Shown here: positions 15,365-25,362 of the stretch, one piece after another | How positions within the stretch are numbered: the first letter of the stretch is position 1 | How the letters are laid out: each line of letters starts with the position of its first letter | IMG/VR virus record: IMGVR_UViG_3300023199_000051 | Coordinates: 64,001 to 128,000 of that record | Reading direction: 5' to 3' (one strand) | From: a virus | Length of the DNA: 64,000 nt | The notes under the pieces: generated by a model | What the model saw: the letters and a program-made list of their open reading frames with translations, nothing else | Database searches by the model: none | Told to the model about the DNA's origin: nothing | Program-made: the position numbers and the translations under genes

Positions 15365-16123
15365 CTACGGCGTCAGCTCGGTCTCCGTGCTTCCGGGAGC
15401 TTGCCGACCGCTGGCTTCGAGCACTCTCGTGTGGCCCAGGTCCAGCTTCTCGGCGTCGAACTCCAGGTAGACCCGGTTGATCTCTGCTAGGTCTTCGTCG
15501 ATGGTGCGTAGGTATTGCTGCGGCCCTCGGGGGTCGGATGAGACCCCCTGGAGCATGAAAGACCTGATGCTCCGAGACAGGTTGTCGTGCGCGATGTACA
15601 GCGCGTGGTTCTCTTCGATGTTGTCGCTGATCTTGAGGACGGCGGGGAGGCTGCCGAAGAAGCCGCTGCACACAAGGAGGCCCATGAAGGTCGACTTGGC
15701 CGGTGCCGGGAGCCCCTGCCAGCCGGACATGCCCGTGAGGACCAAGAAGGGGGCCGTCAGCGTCCCAGTCAGAAAGGCAGTTGCGATGAATCCGAAGTAC
15801 CGGATCTGGAAGTAGCGCATGAGCCAGAAGTGGTATTCAGCGCGGGATGCAGCGACTGTCAGCTGCTCGGTGAGGCGCTGGCAGATCAGCGCCGCTCGCG
15901 GAGAACATCCTGCCTGCGTGCTGCATGCATTCGGGCCGACTTCAGGACAGCTCAGCGTCGTCAGGCATGGTGTGAGGTGGTCGAGCCCGGCGAGGTCGAG
16001 AGGACTACGCTCCGACCACCACGCGACGGTGTAGTAGTCCGCGTACATCGAAGTGGCGTGGAAGAGCCCGTGGGCTGTGAGACAGACCAGCAGGAAGGGG
16101 ATGATGGTCGGTGCATGCTCCAT
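15365..16123 (-). CDS. Membrane protein, N-terminal signal/TM plus a two-TM module resembling SLATT domains
   Basis: Likely start MEHAPTIIPFLL at 16123; FGFIATAFLTGTLTAPFLVL and FMGLLVCSGFFGSLPAVL helices followed by NIEENHALY..L. Confidence 0.65.
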   Translation of the reverse strand: MEHAPTIIPFLLVCLTAHGLFHATSMYADYYTVAWWSERSPLDLAGLDHLTPCLTTLSCPEVGPNACSTQAGCSPRAALICQRLTEQLTVAASRAEYHFWLMRYFQIRYFGFIATAFLTGTLTAPFLVLTGMSGWQGLPAPAKSTFMGLLVCSGFFGSLPAVLKISDNIEENHALYIAHDNLSRSIRSFMLQGVSSDPRGPQQYLRTIDEDLAEINRVYLEFDAEKLDLGHTRVLEASGRQAPGSTETELTP

Positions 16124-16205
16124 GCACCATGTACCTAGCTGCGCGGTCTCCTGGGCAAGTCTCCTGCGCAGGCCAAGCCCGCCTCGCTCATCCCTGTGCA
16201 CACCT

Positions 16206-16628
16206 TCACTCCTCTCCCCGTGCGGCCTTTCTGGCACCACTGTCGCCGCTCACGACCAGCTCGGGCAGGTACTTCTTGAGCACGTAGTTGTAGATGCGAG
16301 GCGACATGAAACCGGCAACCGCACCGAGCCCCACACCGATGACCACCGGGAAGTCGGGGAAGATGTCAGCGTGAGCGCCAGCAAGCCCGCCCAGCACAGG
16401 CTGGGAGAACTCCATGGATGCCTTGGCCCACGCGCTGTCGAAGAAGCTGACCCCTCTCTTCGTGAGCACCTTGACAGCGTTCTTGATGCTGGTGATCACA
16501 GCGATATTCGCGAACGCGATGAGCACGAAGGTCAGGATGACCACGGGGGTGATGAAGTCCGACCAGGTCGGGTCTGACATGAGCTGCTGCACAGCTGCCT
16601 CTCCTGTGGTCGTGGTCTCGGGGTCCAT
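16206..16628 (-). CDS. Small multi-TM protein (holin-like)
   Basis: CAGGAG SD before ATG 16628; 2-3 hydrophobic helices and a charged C tail. Confidence 0.7.
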   Translation of the reverse strand: MDPETTTTGEAAVQQLMSDPTWSDFITPVVILTFVLIAFANIAVITSIKNAVKVLTKRGVSFFDSAWAKASMEFSQPVLGGLAGAHADIFPDFPVVIGVGLGAVAGFMSPRIYNYVLKKYLPELVVSGDSGARKAARGEE

Positions 16629-16660
16629 GTTGTACTCCTGGTGGTGGGTAGCCGCCCCTG

Positions 16661-17128
16661 TCACGGCGCGGTGTGGGGTTCCTGCTCGTCTGCCCCTTCT
16701 CCGTGATCAGGCGTCGTCTTCCTGTCATGCACATCTTCCCGTTGTCCACGGGGAGCGGTCAGGATCCGCTGCACGTCTCGGCATGCTTCCTTGTCCCCCG
16801 TCAGGCATCGCTGGTGCCGAACCTCTACGGTCGTTCTCGGGTAGATGTCTCCGAGATGCATGAGGAGCTGCGTCGACTTGTCATTGAGGCTGTCAGCACG
16901 CAGCGCGGTGTCGGCTCCCGCCGAGTCGGCTACGCCGGAACTCGTCACATCAGAGCGCGCCTCCGATTCGATGCGTGGCTGCATGACGAGGTCTGCCCGC
17001 ACACTGCCAGCTGACCCCACGAAGATGAGGCTACACAGCAGCACTGCGAATGAGACGGAGAGGACAGCCCAGGTGAGGAGGCTGCTGTTCTGTGGCTCTG
17101 GGCGGAGAGTCGAGGTCTCGGTCGTCAT
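16661..17128 (-). CDS. Membrane-anchored protein (possible spanin-like)
   Basis: N-terminal TM LLTWAVLSVSFAVLLCSLIFV; Cys pair near C-terminus; overlapping stop/start with neighbour. Confidence 0.65.
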   Translation of the reverse strand: MTTETSTLRPEPQNSSLLTWAVLSVSFAVLLCSLIFVGSAGSVRADLVMQPRIESEARSDVTSSGVADSAGADTALRADSLNDKSTQLLMHLGDIYPRTTVEVRHQRCLTGDKEACRDVQRILTAPRGQREDVHDRKTTPDHGEGADEQEPHTAP

Positions 17129-17433
17129 GGTCCTTGCTCCGTACGTGCACGTCTCATGATCTCGATAGCGTCATCCACCTTCGCTTCCACCCGATCGACA
17201 TCCCGTTGTACGGTCTGCAGCTCCAGCCGAAGCACTGCAATGTCCGTGCGCGTGGAGTCGTAGAAGCGCCACGCACCGAAGATAGCGGCGAGCGCTACCG
17301 CGGTCACGACGCCGCTGATGATCTGCCGCCAGTCGAAGGGACCCGGAGGGGATGACACAGGAGGCATGTACCCATGATCGGTAGGGCCTTCCAAGGCTGG
17401 TGTAGGCGGCTCTGTTGGTGGTAGCTGAGACAC
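17125..17433 (-). CDS. Single-TM coiled-coil protein
   Basis: IISGVVTAVALAAIFGAW then heptad-like LRLELQTVQRDVDRVEAKV. Confidence 0.75.
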   Translation of the reverse strand: MSQLPPTEPPTPALEGPTDHGYMPPVSSPPGPFDWRQIISGVVTAVALAAIFGAWRFYDSTRTDIAVLRLELQTVQRDVDRVEAKVDDAIEIMRRARTEQGP

Positions 17434-17435
17434 AA

Positions 17436-20400
17436 CTACACCCCCGACGCTGGCGCTTCGCGCACTTCTTGCTTGAGCTTGCTGCGCCGCTTCATCTCCG
17501 TGAAGGCCGAGCCAAGCGCAAGATCCCGCCTGCTGTATGAAAACCAGCGACGTGCGAGGCTGGTGAGCCTGTTGCTGTCTTGAGTCTGAGACAGAGGCCG
17601 CAGGGTAAGATCTCGACTATCGACGCCGAAGGTGTCGATGGCGCGTGCCCGATCACGTCGGAGGGCTTCGGTGATGCTCCCCCAGCGGTCGGCCGGCACG
17701 ACCAGCTCGAAGTCCTGTTCGAGGAGATCCTTGAGCTGCAACAAGCCCCTCTCGCCTGCGGCACGTTGCGTGTCCCTCACGATGCGTCTCAGCTGGGACC
17801 CGCTCAACAGCACGAGCAGGTCATCCGCTCTGCGCCGCAGAGGGAGGAAACCGATGTAGCTGCTGACGAGCGCACCGACGATTCGCGTGGTGACACCGAA
17901 GCCTTTGATGTTTCTGAAGGCGTTGCGCAGGATGGCCGGCCACAGATCAGGGCCGAGCCGGTCCACCACGACCTTGCTCATGGCTGGTACCTGTGGCCCG
18001 CGCATGATCTCGCCGTTGCCAAGGATGGCCTGTCTCTCCTCGGCATCGTCCCATCCGCCGCATACTTCAAGAGGTACCTTCTCGACGTGGCCCTCCATCC
18101 CCGTCTTCGTGGAGCCGATCAGAGCTGACGGGTGCTTGGCGTGCTCGACCATGGCCGAACCGTACTTTCGGTACGAGAAGAAGGTCCCCTTCGGGTCCAC
18201 CTTCAGCACCTCTACGCGCTTCGGGTTGCTGTGGAGTGCGCCATCCACAGAGCTGGTGCTGCGCAAGCACACCCGGTCGCCAGCACGGAGGATCATGCCC
18301 GTCTTGAAGTTGAAGTAGATGGCGGTCTTCTTGACCTCTTCGAGGACCGTTGCCATCCGGGGCCAGATGTCCTCACCGTACGTCTTCTCGATGGTGGCTG
18401 CGTCGCGATCTGCGGACTCCAGCCGCGCTTCGTAGAGAGCGGTGTCATCGGCCCGCTTGGCAGCGCGGGCCTCGTGGTACTTCTCAGCGAGCCGAACGAA
18501 GGCGCGGCGTGCCCGCTTACGGCGCTTGATCTTGAGGCGTTCGGCCTTCGTCTCCCTGTACTCCTCGACCTTGATGCGTGCTTCGCTCTCATCGGAGGCG
18601 AAGATCCAAATCAGCAGCTCCATGCGGTCGACCCGCATGCCCGCTGCCGGGTTGTTCATCTCGGTCACCGAGTCATCCCACAGAGACTCCATCCAGCCCT
18701 GCTTGCCCATGACCATGTTGAGCTTGAAGCCATCGAAGCTCTTGGAGGTGATGTAGTACCAGACGTTGACGAGCTGGTAGCTGTTGCCCTGGCGCACCCC
18801 GCGTCCGTTGCGCTGCTGGATGGTGGCTGCCTCCCAGGGGAGCGTCATGTGGTGAATGGCGCAGGTCCGTGCCTGCAGGTTCAGCCCCTCGGCCATCGCA
18901 CCGCTGGTGCCGATCACGACGTCGTACTTGGGCTCCAGCGCTTCTTGGATGACTGCGCCAGTCTGCTCGTCGATGATGGCTGATCGGCCGTTGAAGCCGT
19001 CTGCGATGACCAAGCGCTCCCCCTTCGACTGCTCCCCTGTGATGAAGGCGATGCGATCTCGGGGGATGCGCGTGTTGGCGACAATGGCGTCGACCATCCA
19101 CTCGTGCGTGTCCGTGTAGTCACTGAAGATGATGTGGCCGCAGGCCGGGTTGACCAGGATCTTCTCGACCAGTGCCATGTACTTTGGAGGGTACGTCCCC
19201 TTGGCGGCGTACTTGGCAGCAATGCGCCCAATGCCCACCTCGGTGAGGATGTCGAGCTTGGTCTGCAGGCTCGCCATCTTCTCACTCGACAGCCCCTTCT
19301 TGGACGGTCGCCTCTTCCGCTTCCCTTCCTGGTAGTCATCCCACTGCTGGTTGATCTTGCGGGCTTTGGCCAGGACCTCCTGCGTCTTGTAGATGTCCTC
19401 CCGCAACAGGCGCACGTCGAAGGCAGACTTCGATAGCATGTCCATCTGCCTGAGGATGATGCCGCCGACCTGAGCCGATTCACCCGCTCCCTGTGCTCGT
19501 TCCTTCTCCTCTGCGAGGAGGTCCTTGATGACTTCTTTGACTGTGTCCACGACGTGGCGCTGCTCGTCGTCCATGTCCACCACAACCTGCACGTTGCCTG
19601 TGTTGCCCACACGGGGGACCTTCTGGGCGAAGACCTCCATGCCGGGGTCGTTGGTGAGCTTGCGGTCGGTGTGAGCGAGGATGATGTCGCGAAGCTCATC
19701 GAGGTGCAGGAACTCGGTGACAGCCAGCTGATCGACAACCTCGTTGGTGGCCGGGTCACCAGATGGCTCGACCTCAAGTCCGCAGTACCGATCGATGAAC
19801 TCTTCGGCGTTGCGCACGCGGCGCTGGCTCCAGACGTTCCTGGAGACCAGTGACATCAGGTTGTAGACCTCCAGTGGGCTGTTCTTCAGCGGCGTTGCGG
19901 TCAGCAGGCACACACCGGAGTCATCGTGGTTGCCGAGCAGGTACTGGCACTTGAGGAACATGTCCCAGGCGCGGATGGTGATGCCCGAGCCAGAGCCCAT
20001 GAACTCGATCTTGTCCTCACCGACGCGCCGCTCGGCGAACCACAGGTTCTTGAAGTTGTGTGCTTCGTCGACCACCAAGAAATCGCACCGCAGCTCTTCC
20101 CAGGTGATCATCGGAGGTACAGGCACAGGCCCGTCGTAGTCCGGCGGTGGGAAGCGCTCTTCCAGGACCGCGACGATCTCCTTCTTCTTCATCTTGCGCG
20201 GCTTGCCGGTCGACGTCGTCTCGGTCGGGTGATGCTCCAGGTCGAGTCCCTTCCGCTTGGCAAAGGCGATCAGCTCGGCCTTGCGCTGGCTCTTCGACCA
20301 CTCCCGAGGCGGCTTGCGTCGTGGCCGGAAGGGCTTGGTCTCCCTGACGTTCTCCAAGTCCTGACGCACCTGCTCGATGATGTTGTCCGACGGCGCCTTC

Positions 20401-23400
20401 AGATCCTCACTCCACCCCTTGATCTGGCGTTCAAGATCCTTGATCTTCTTGTCTAGCTTCTTGATGTCTGGGTGATCCTCGTCGAGGTAGCGGATGTCCT
20501 CTTGCCTCTCCTCTCGACGCTCGGCAAGCTCCTCCTGAGCGTTGTCGATGCGCCGTTGTGTCAGCCTGCGGTCTGCCGCTTCGAGTCCGAGCTTGTACTG
20601 GAACCAGAAGACCTGGCTTAGGATGTCGTGGATGGAGCTGTCCTCCATGGCCACGTCGTCGAGGAAGTTGCTGTAGGGGACCATCAAGAGGTCGTAGTCC
20701 CCCTGTGCAAAGCGGTTCCACTTCACGCGCCGCTCATCAGCTGTGTCGTCTCGTGGCGCTCCAGACGTGGAGGGTGTGATGCCGATGACGCCGATACGGT
20801 AGTCTGGCAGCAGCTTGCGCGCTTCGCTGTACCAGGTAGGCAGCACGCTGTTCGGAGACACGATGATGGGCCGCTGCACCTTGCCGTCCTGCCGGAGCTT
20901 CGCAGCTGCGGCCAGAGCCGTAAACGTGTTGTGCAGGATGAGGCCGCCCGCACCTCCGACATAGTTCTTGTCGTCGTAGGCGCCTGCATCAACTTCGATG
21001 TCGTAGACAAAGCCTCCCACCTGCCCCTGCTCTACGGACGCAACACGCTCGAAGCAGAACCCGGAGTCGACTAGCGCTTCAAGGCGGTTTGCGGCATCAA
21101 GCAGACGATCCCCGCAGAGCACCAGCGACTCATGTGTCTGCTGGTTGCGCCAGTTGCTCGATGCTGCGTACCGCGCAATCCCAAGCTCGGAGGCTTCCGC
21201 CCGCCACTGCTGCACGAGACCCTGCGCGCGTTCCACCGAGATCGTCTCGACTCCGGCCTTGGGTACATTGCCGTGACCGTAGAGCCAGGCACGCCGGAAT
21301 CCGGCCTCCAGCAGCTCGTCCACCAGATCGCGGATGGGGATCCCCACGTTCGGGTTTCGGGTCTTTGACACCAGCTTGCCGAGGGCAGCCTGCTTGTAGT
21401 CGACGCCGAAGCCGACGTGCTTGTGGAAAGCTACGGCGTCCTCACCACTGAACGTGATCCGCCAGTAGTCGTTGTGTTCGTAGCCCTTGACCCGCTTGTA
21501 CTTCAGCGACGATCGGACGCCGAAGCGCAGCAGCATGTACTGTACCTGCTCCAGCAGCAAGCGTGATGCAGACAGCACCTCAACGACATCACCCGTGCAG
21601 GACCCCTCAGCGTCGAAGAAGGCACGAGTCAGCGTTGCGAGCAGATCGTCAGGGAGCAGAGGCAGCCAGGGAGGCAGCTCACGGCCCGCGGAGAGCACTC
21701 CCCACTTGAAGCCCAGGGCTTCCGCCTCCTGCCGGTATGCCTTGGAGCTGATCTCCAGGTAGGGCACGTACTTTCCGTCAGCGGGCGTGCGGATGTGACC
21801 CGAGGTGGAGTCGGGGTAGCACCGCCGGAAGCGAGCTTGCAGGTCTTCCAGGAGTCCGGGCAAGAGCTTCTGCGTGATGGTCGTTGTGTGGCTCGTCTGG
21901 ACGCTCGGGCTTGCTTCGCGGTCGTGCCCCTCCGCAACCTGCCAGACCATCAGGAGGGCCAGATCTTCAAGCCGCTGCGGGTCGAGGTGCGCTACCTGGG
22001 CCGGAAGAGCGGGAGGGGGTGTCAGCCGCTTGGGCACCGCCAACCAGTCTCCCGCTTCGATCTCCCCGGTCGGCACCCACGTGACACAGCCATCACGTAC
22101 GACAGGCAGCGGGTGGGCGCTGGTGGGCTCTACGCGGCATCCGCGGGTGGTCTCCAGGACACGCAGAGCCTCGTGATCCGAGATGCGCTGTCGGTATAGA
22201 CGACGCACGGGGCGCCAGGAGGCGGCACCGTCTTGCCCGTGCGCAAGCACCTTCAAATCAGCAGGAGGTAGGAGCACCAGCTCATCCTCTGGCCCTTCCA
22301 GGTGGTCTCCGAATAGGGAGCCGATGGTGACCAGGCCCGTGTTGCAGGCGAGGAGTGTGTCCTTCTCGACGCACTTGCCCAGACCGACATCGAATGCAAG
22401 GATTCCACCCCGCTTATCTGCGACCATACGAGCTCCAGAGTTCTGGTGGGGGTGCAGTATGTAGGTAGGTGCCATCCGCGCGATGTCAATTGGGCTGTCA
22501 TCGTACTCGGGGGGCACGAAACCCCGGTAGAGCCGGTTGTAGCGATCTTCGACCAACTGCCGCCACTCCAGCTGCCCCGCGAGCCAGGAGGCGAACGCCG
22601 TCTCCAGCTCCTGATCAGCCTGCATCCTTGCTTCCATGTCGGCCGTCTCGTAGCGCCTCGTCTTCTTCGGGGCTGTCTCGTCCGGGTCCGTCATCTCCAG
22701 CTGGCGGTTGTAGTAGCCCAGGAAGAAGAGCAGCCACTTGTGCTGCAGCGCCTCCCCTCTGCGGCCTCGGTCGAGGGAGTCGTTCGTCCTTGCACGCAGC
22801 ACGCCGCTCTCTTCGAACAGCTCGATGTTGGGGTGGCCACCCAACTCCTCCTGGAGCGTGTCATTGACGAAGTCTTGGAGTAGCTGGTACGGCTTAGCCG
22901 CATCGTCAAAGACGAGGTAGCCGGCCCGGATGTTCGGGTCGATATCCGACAGCGTCTTCGGATCGATCGTGGTGAGCAGCGCCTTCTTCTGCGCTTCCAG
23001 CTTCTGCCGCACATCGAAGGCCACCTCGCCGGCCAGCAGCGCGTTGACGGCATCGAGGCGCTTGTAGAGGGCGCCTGTGAGGTACTGCTCCAATCGGTAG
23101 TAGCTGTATGAGCCATCGGACTGCAGCTCGATCGCCACATCCGACCTTGCCACTAGCACCTCGAACGCCCCTACCGCCGAGTGGTGGCGCTCCAGATCCT
23201 TCTCGGTGCACACGCCGTTGTGCTTGCTGTACCAGGTAACGATCTCGGTGACGGGAGATCCCGCATGGGGAGCGTTAGACTCTCGCACGGCCAGCTTCTG
23301 CGTGAGCATGGGTACAAGCTGCCCCGCCTTGCTGACGGCTGCGAGCAGCGGAGCGACCATGTCCCGGTACCCGATCAGCTCCTCGATGTCATGCGGGTTG

Positions 23401-24989
23401 CCGTGTTGCCCGAGGAACTGTTCGATGTCGGCCCGCAGCTCTTGCCGCCCCGCTTCAGCCTTGTCGGGGTTGGAGACCGCTACAGCCCGGAAGCGCCCCA
23501 GTCGCACGGCCAGCGCAGCTGCCTGCTGCACGACACCCGCGCCAGCGCTTCCGATCTGGACAAGCGCACGCTGTGCAGCACGCTGCACGTCTTGTGGTGT
23601 GATGGACGGGTCCGGCTCGTCGGGGAGGTCGACGGGTGCGGGGACCGGGGTGAGGGTTGTGTCTTCTGCCTCTTCTTCTGGTGTACTCTCTCGCCACTCC
23701 CGGATGGCATGGAACATGCCCTCGGTCAGCGGCCTGTCCACCATGTTCGCAACACGTTGCGGATCGAACAGCCCCTTGAGGATCGGACCATAGCGCCCCT
23801 TACCCCAGTGGCCCATGATGTTCTTCTGCCCGTCTTCCATCTCCAGGTAGTCACCTGCAATGATGCGCCGATCCTCCACGGTCAGCGACCGCTTGTAGGT
23901 GTCGGGGAGTCTCACCCAGGCATGGATGACGAAGTTGACCGTGGAGACGTTCGGGAAGACCGACTGCGGCACCAGCACACCGCCGGCAAAGTGGCACTTG
24001 TCGAAGAGGTGCTTGCGCATCTTGACGTGCTCGCGGTCCTCGCCTGTGACCTGGCCCATGGGCGTGATGGTGACCATGACGCCGCCGGGGGACAGCATGT
24101 CGGCACATCGCGCAGTGAAGTAGTTGTCGGGCTTGCGCCACTGCTTCCCGCCTGGGTCCTGCTTGCGGTGCTGCGCTGGACGTTCTTTGCCGTAGGGTGG
24201 GTTGGTGAGGATGAGATCGAAGCTGCGGCCCTCCTTCGAGGCCCGCGATGCGAATGCCTCGAACTCGGAGGGAAACACCTGTGCATTGCTGTACATGGCT
24301 TGCAGGAACTGGACGAGGAGCTTGTCATTCTCAACGGCTGTCCAGGCCACCCCCTCATCAACAGGGGTCGTGCGCATGAAGCGTCCGATGCCGGCCGCAG
24401 GTTCCAGCGCTGTCTGCAGCTTCACTGGAGCGATCTTCCGTGCAAGCGCCCACATGGCCCGGCACACATTCAGGCCCGTGAAATACTGGTTGGCAAGCCC
24501 GTAGAAGAGGTTGGTGGTGGGGACCTCCCACCCCTCCTCGCCAGGGGCGAGCTGCCGAGCGCGTCGGAACTGCGCAATCCCTTCTACGTACTCGGGGGAG
24601 AAGAGCACAGGGTCCTCGGGGAGCAGGCTGACCTTGATCCCGCCCCACCCGCTGAACGCCATGATGGACGCTCGCTCTTCTGGCGTGGGGACACTGCGTT
24701 GGGCCCCTTGCATCTGACGCAGTGCTCGTAGGGCACTGAGGTTGGCCTTGCGGCGCTTCGGCTCGGACCAGGCTTCGTAGTCTTCTCCTGGTGGTGGCGG
24801 CTCCAAGGGCCCCGTGTCAACAGGCAGCAGTCCCGCCACTTCCTGGAAGAGAGCCAGGCCGGTGTCGTAGTCCTTCCGCAGGTAGGCCGCGTATTCGTTG
24901 GCAGTCAACCCAGGTGCGACGTACTGATCCAGCTGCCCCAGCCAGGCAATGAAGTCATCGAATTGCTGGCGTGCGTCGACATCGGCCAC
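17436..24989 (-). CDS. DarB-like DNA adenine methyltransferase-SNF2 helicase fusion containing an intein
   Basis: AGGAGGGTGA SD; MTase LEPAAGIG and NPPY; helicase DVGLGK/T, VVDEAHNFKN, LTATP, EGLNLQ, QQRNGRGVRQG. Confidence 0.92.
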   Translation of the reverse strand: MADVDARQQFDDFIAWLGQLDQYVAPGLTANEYAAYLRKDYDTGLALFQEVAGLLPVDTGPLEPPPPGEDYEAWSEPKRRKANLSALRALRQMQGAQRSVPTPEERASIMAFSGWGGIKVSLLPEDPVLFSPEYVEGIAQFRRARQLAPGEEGWEVPTTNLFYGLANQYFTGLNVCRAMWALARKIAPVKLQTALEPAAGIGRFMRTTPVDEGVAWTAVENDKLLVQFLQAMYSNAQVFPSEFEAFASRASKEGRSFDLILTNPPYGKERPAQHRKQDPGGKQWRKPDNYFTARCADMLSPGGVMVTITPMGQVTGEDREHVKMRKHLFDKCHFAGGVLVPQSVFPNVSTVNFVIHAWVRLPDTYKRSLTVEDRRIIAGDYLEMEDGQKNIMGHWGKGRYGPILKGLFDPQRVANMVDRPLTEGMFHAIREWRESTPEEEAEDTTLTPVPAPVDLPDEPDPSITPQDVQRAAQRALVQIGSAGAGVVQQAAALAVRLGRFRAVAVSNPDKAEAGRQELRADIEQFLGQHGNPHDIEELIGYRDMVAPLLAAVSKAGQLVPMLTQKLAVRESNAPHAGSPVTEIVTWYSKHNGVCTEKDLERHHSAVGAFEVLVARSDVAIELQSDGSYSYYRLEQYLTGALYKRLDAVNALLAGEVAFDVRQKLEAQKKALLTTIDPKTLSDIDPNIRAGYLVFDDAAKPYQLLQDFVNDTLQEELGGHPNIELFEESGVLRARTNDSLDRGRRGEALQHKWLLFFLGYYNRQLEMTDPDETAPKKTRRYETADMEARMQADQELETAFASWLAGQLEWRQLVEDRYNRLYRGFVPPEYDDSPIDIARMAPTYILHPHQNSGARMVADKRGGILAFDVGLGKCVEKDTLLACNTGLVTIGSLFGDHLEGPEDELVLLPPADLKVLAHGQDGAASWRPVRRLYRQRISDHEALRVLETTRGCRVEPTSAHPLPVVRDGCVTWVPTGEIEAGDWLAVPKRLTPPPALPAQVAHLDPQRLEDLALLMVWQVAEGHDREASPSVQTSHTTTITQKLLPGLLEDLQARFRRCYPDSTSGHIRTPADGKYVPYLEISSKAYRQEAEALGFKWGVLSAGRELPPWLPLLPDDLLATLTRAFFDAEGSCTGDVVEVLSASRLLLEQVQYMLLRFGVRSSLKYKRVKGYEHNDYWRITFSGEDAVAFHKHVGFGVDYKQAALGKLVSKTRNPNVGIPIRDLVDELLEAGFRRAWLYGHGNVPKAGVETISVERAQGLVQQWRAEASELGIARYAASSNWRNQQTHESLVLCGDRLLDAANRLEALVDSGFCFERVASVEQGQVGGFVYDIEVDAGAYDDKNYVGGAGGLILHNTFTALAAAAKLRQDGKVQRPIIVSPNSVLPTWYSEARKLLPDYRIGVIGITPSTSGAPRDDTADERRVKWNRFAQGDYDLLMVPYSNFLDDVAMEDSSIHDILSQVFWFQYKLGLEAADRRLTQRRIDNAQEELAERREERQEDIRYLDEDHPDIKKLDKKIKDLERQIKGWSEDLKAPSDNIIEQVRQDLENVRETKPFRPRRKPPREWSKSQRKAELIAFAKRKGLDLEHHPTETTSTGKPRKMKKKEIVAVLEERFPPPDYDGPVPVPPMITWEELRCDFLVVDEAHNFKNLWFAERRVGEDKIEFMGSGSGITIRAWDMFLKCQYLLGNHDDSGVCLLTATPLKNSPLEVYNLMSLVSRNVWSQRRVRNAEEFIDRYCGLEVEPSGDPATNEVVDQLAVTEFLHLDELRDIILAHTDRKLTNDPGMEVFAQKVPRVGNTGNVQVVVDMDDEQRHVVDTVKEVIKDLLAEEKERAQGAGESAQVGGIILRQMDMLSKSAFDVRLLREDIYKTQEVLAKARKINQQWDDYQEGKRKRRPSKKGLSSEKMASLQTKLDILTEVGIGRIAAKYAAKGTYPPKYMALVEKILVNPACGHIIFSDYTDTHEWMVDAIVANTRIPRDRIAFITGEQSKGERLVIADGFNGRSAIIDEQTGAVIQEALEPKYDVVIGTSGAMAEGLNLQARTCAIHHMTLPWEAATIQQRNGRGVRQGNSYQLVNVWYYITSKSFDGFKLNMVMGKQGWMESLWDDSVTEMNNPAAGMRVDRMELLIWIFASDESEARIKVEEYRETKAERLKIKRRKRARRAFVRLAEKYHEARAAKRADDTALYEARLESADRDAATIEKTYGEDIWPRMATVLEEVKKTAIYFNFKTGMILRAGDRVCLRSTSSVDGALHSNPKRVEVLKVDPKGTFFSYRKYGSAMVEHAKHPSALIGSTKTGMEGHVEKVPLEVCGGWDDAEERQAILGNGEIMRGPQVPAMSKVVVDRLGPDLWPAILRNAFRNIKGFGVTTRIVGALVSSYIGFLPLRRRADDLLVLLSGSQLRRIVRDTQRAAGERGLLQLKDLLEQDFELVVPADRWGSITEALRRDRARAIDTFGVDSRDLTLRPLSQTQDSNRLTSLARRWFSYSRRDLALGSAFTEMKRRSKLKQEVREAPASGV
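20928..22373 (-). mobile_element. Intein (482 aa) with LAGLIDADG homing endonuclease, inserted in helicase Walker A (GLGK/T)
   Basis: Begins CVEKDT, ends VYDIEV..LILHN, +1 Thr; LTRAFFDAEG block. Confidence 0.92.
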
Positions 24990-25006
24990 GTCTCACCCTC
25001 CTGGCC

Positions 25007-25330
25007 TCACACCGCCTGGCGCCACTGGGTGATGAGCTTCCGCATGAGCGCGCGCCCTTCTTCATAGGAGATGGGGACGCTGATCTCGGTGATGAACCCA
25101 TCCTTGGGTACCCAGCCGTCCTTGGTGAGCTTGCGGTAGACCTTGTCCACCATGGGAGCACCGAGCGCTTCTACGAGCTGGTTGGCCGACACCATCCCCA
25201 TGCCCTCCACGTTGATGACAGGTGTGTCTGCGTCTGCAGCACCTGCCTTCTTGGTGAGGGTGGCGACGAACTTCGGAGCGTAGCGCTGCGTCCACAGCGC
25301 CTTGGCTTCTTCTCGGTACGGATCTGCCAT
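25007..25330 (-). CDS. Hypothetical protein (107 aa)
   Basis: AGGAGGG SD; co-oriented operon position. Confidence 0.7.
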   Translation of the reverse strand: MADPYREEAKALWTQRYAPKFVATLTKKAGAADADTPVINVEGMGMVSANQLVEALGAPMVDKVYRKLTKDGWVPKDGFITEISVPISYEEGRALMRKLITQWRQAV

Positions 25331-25362
25331 CAAGCCCTCCTACAGGGAGACATCGTATCCCA

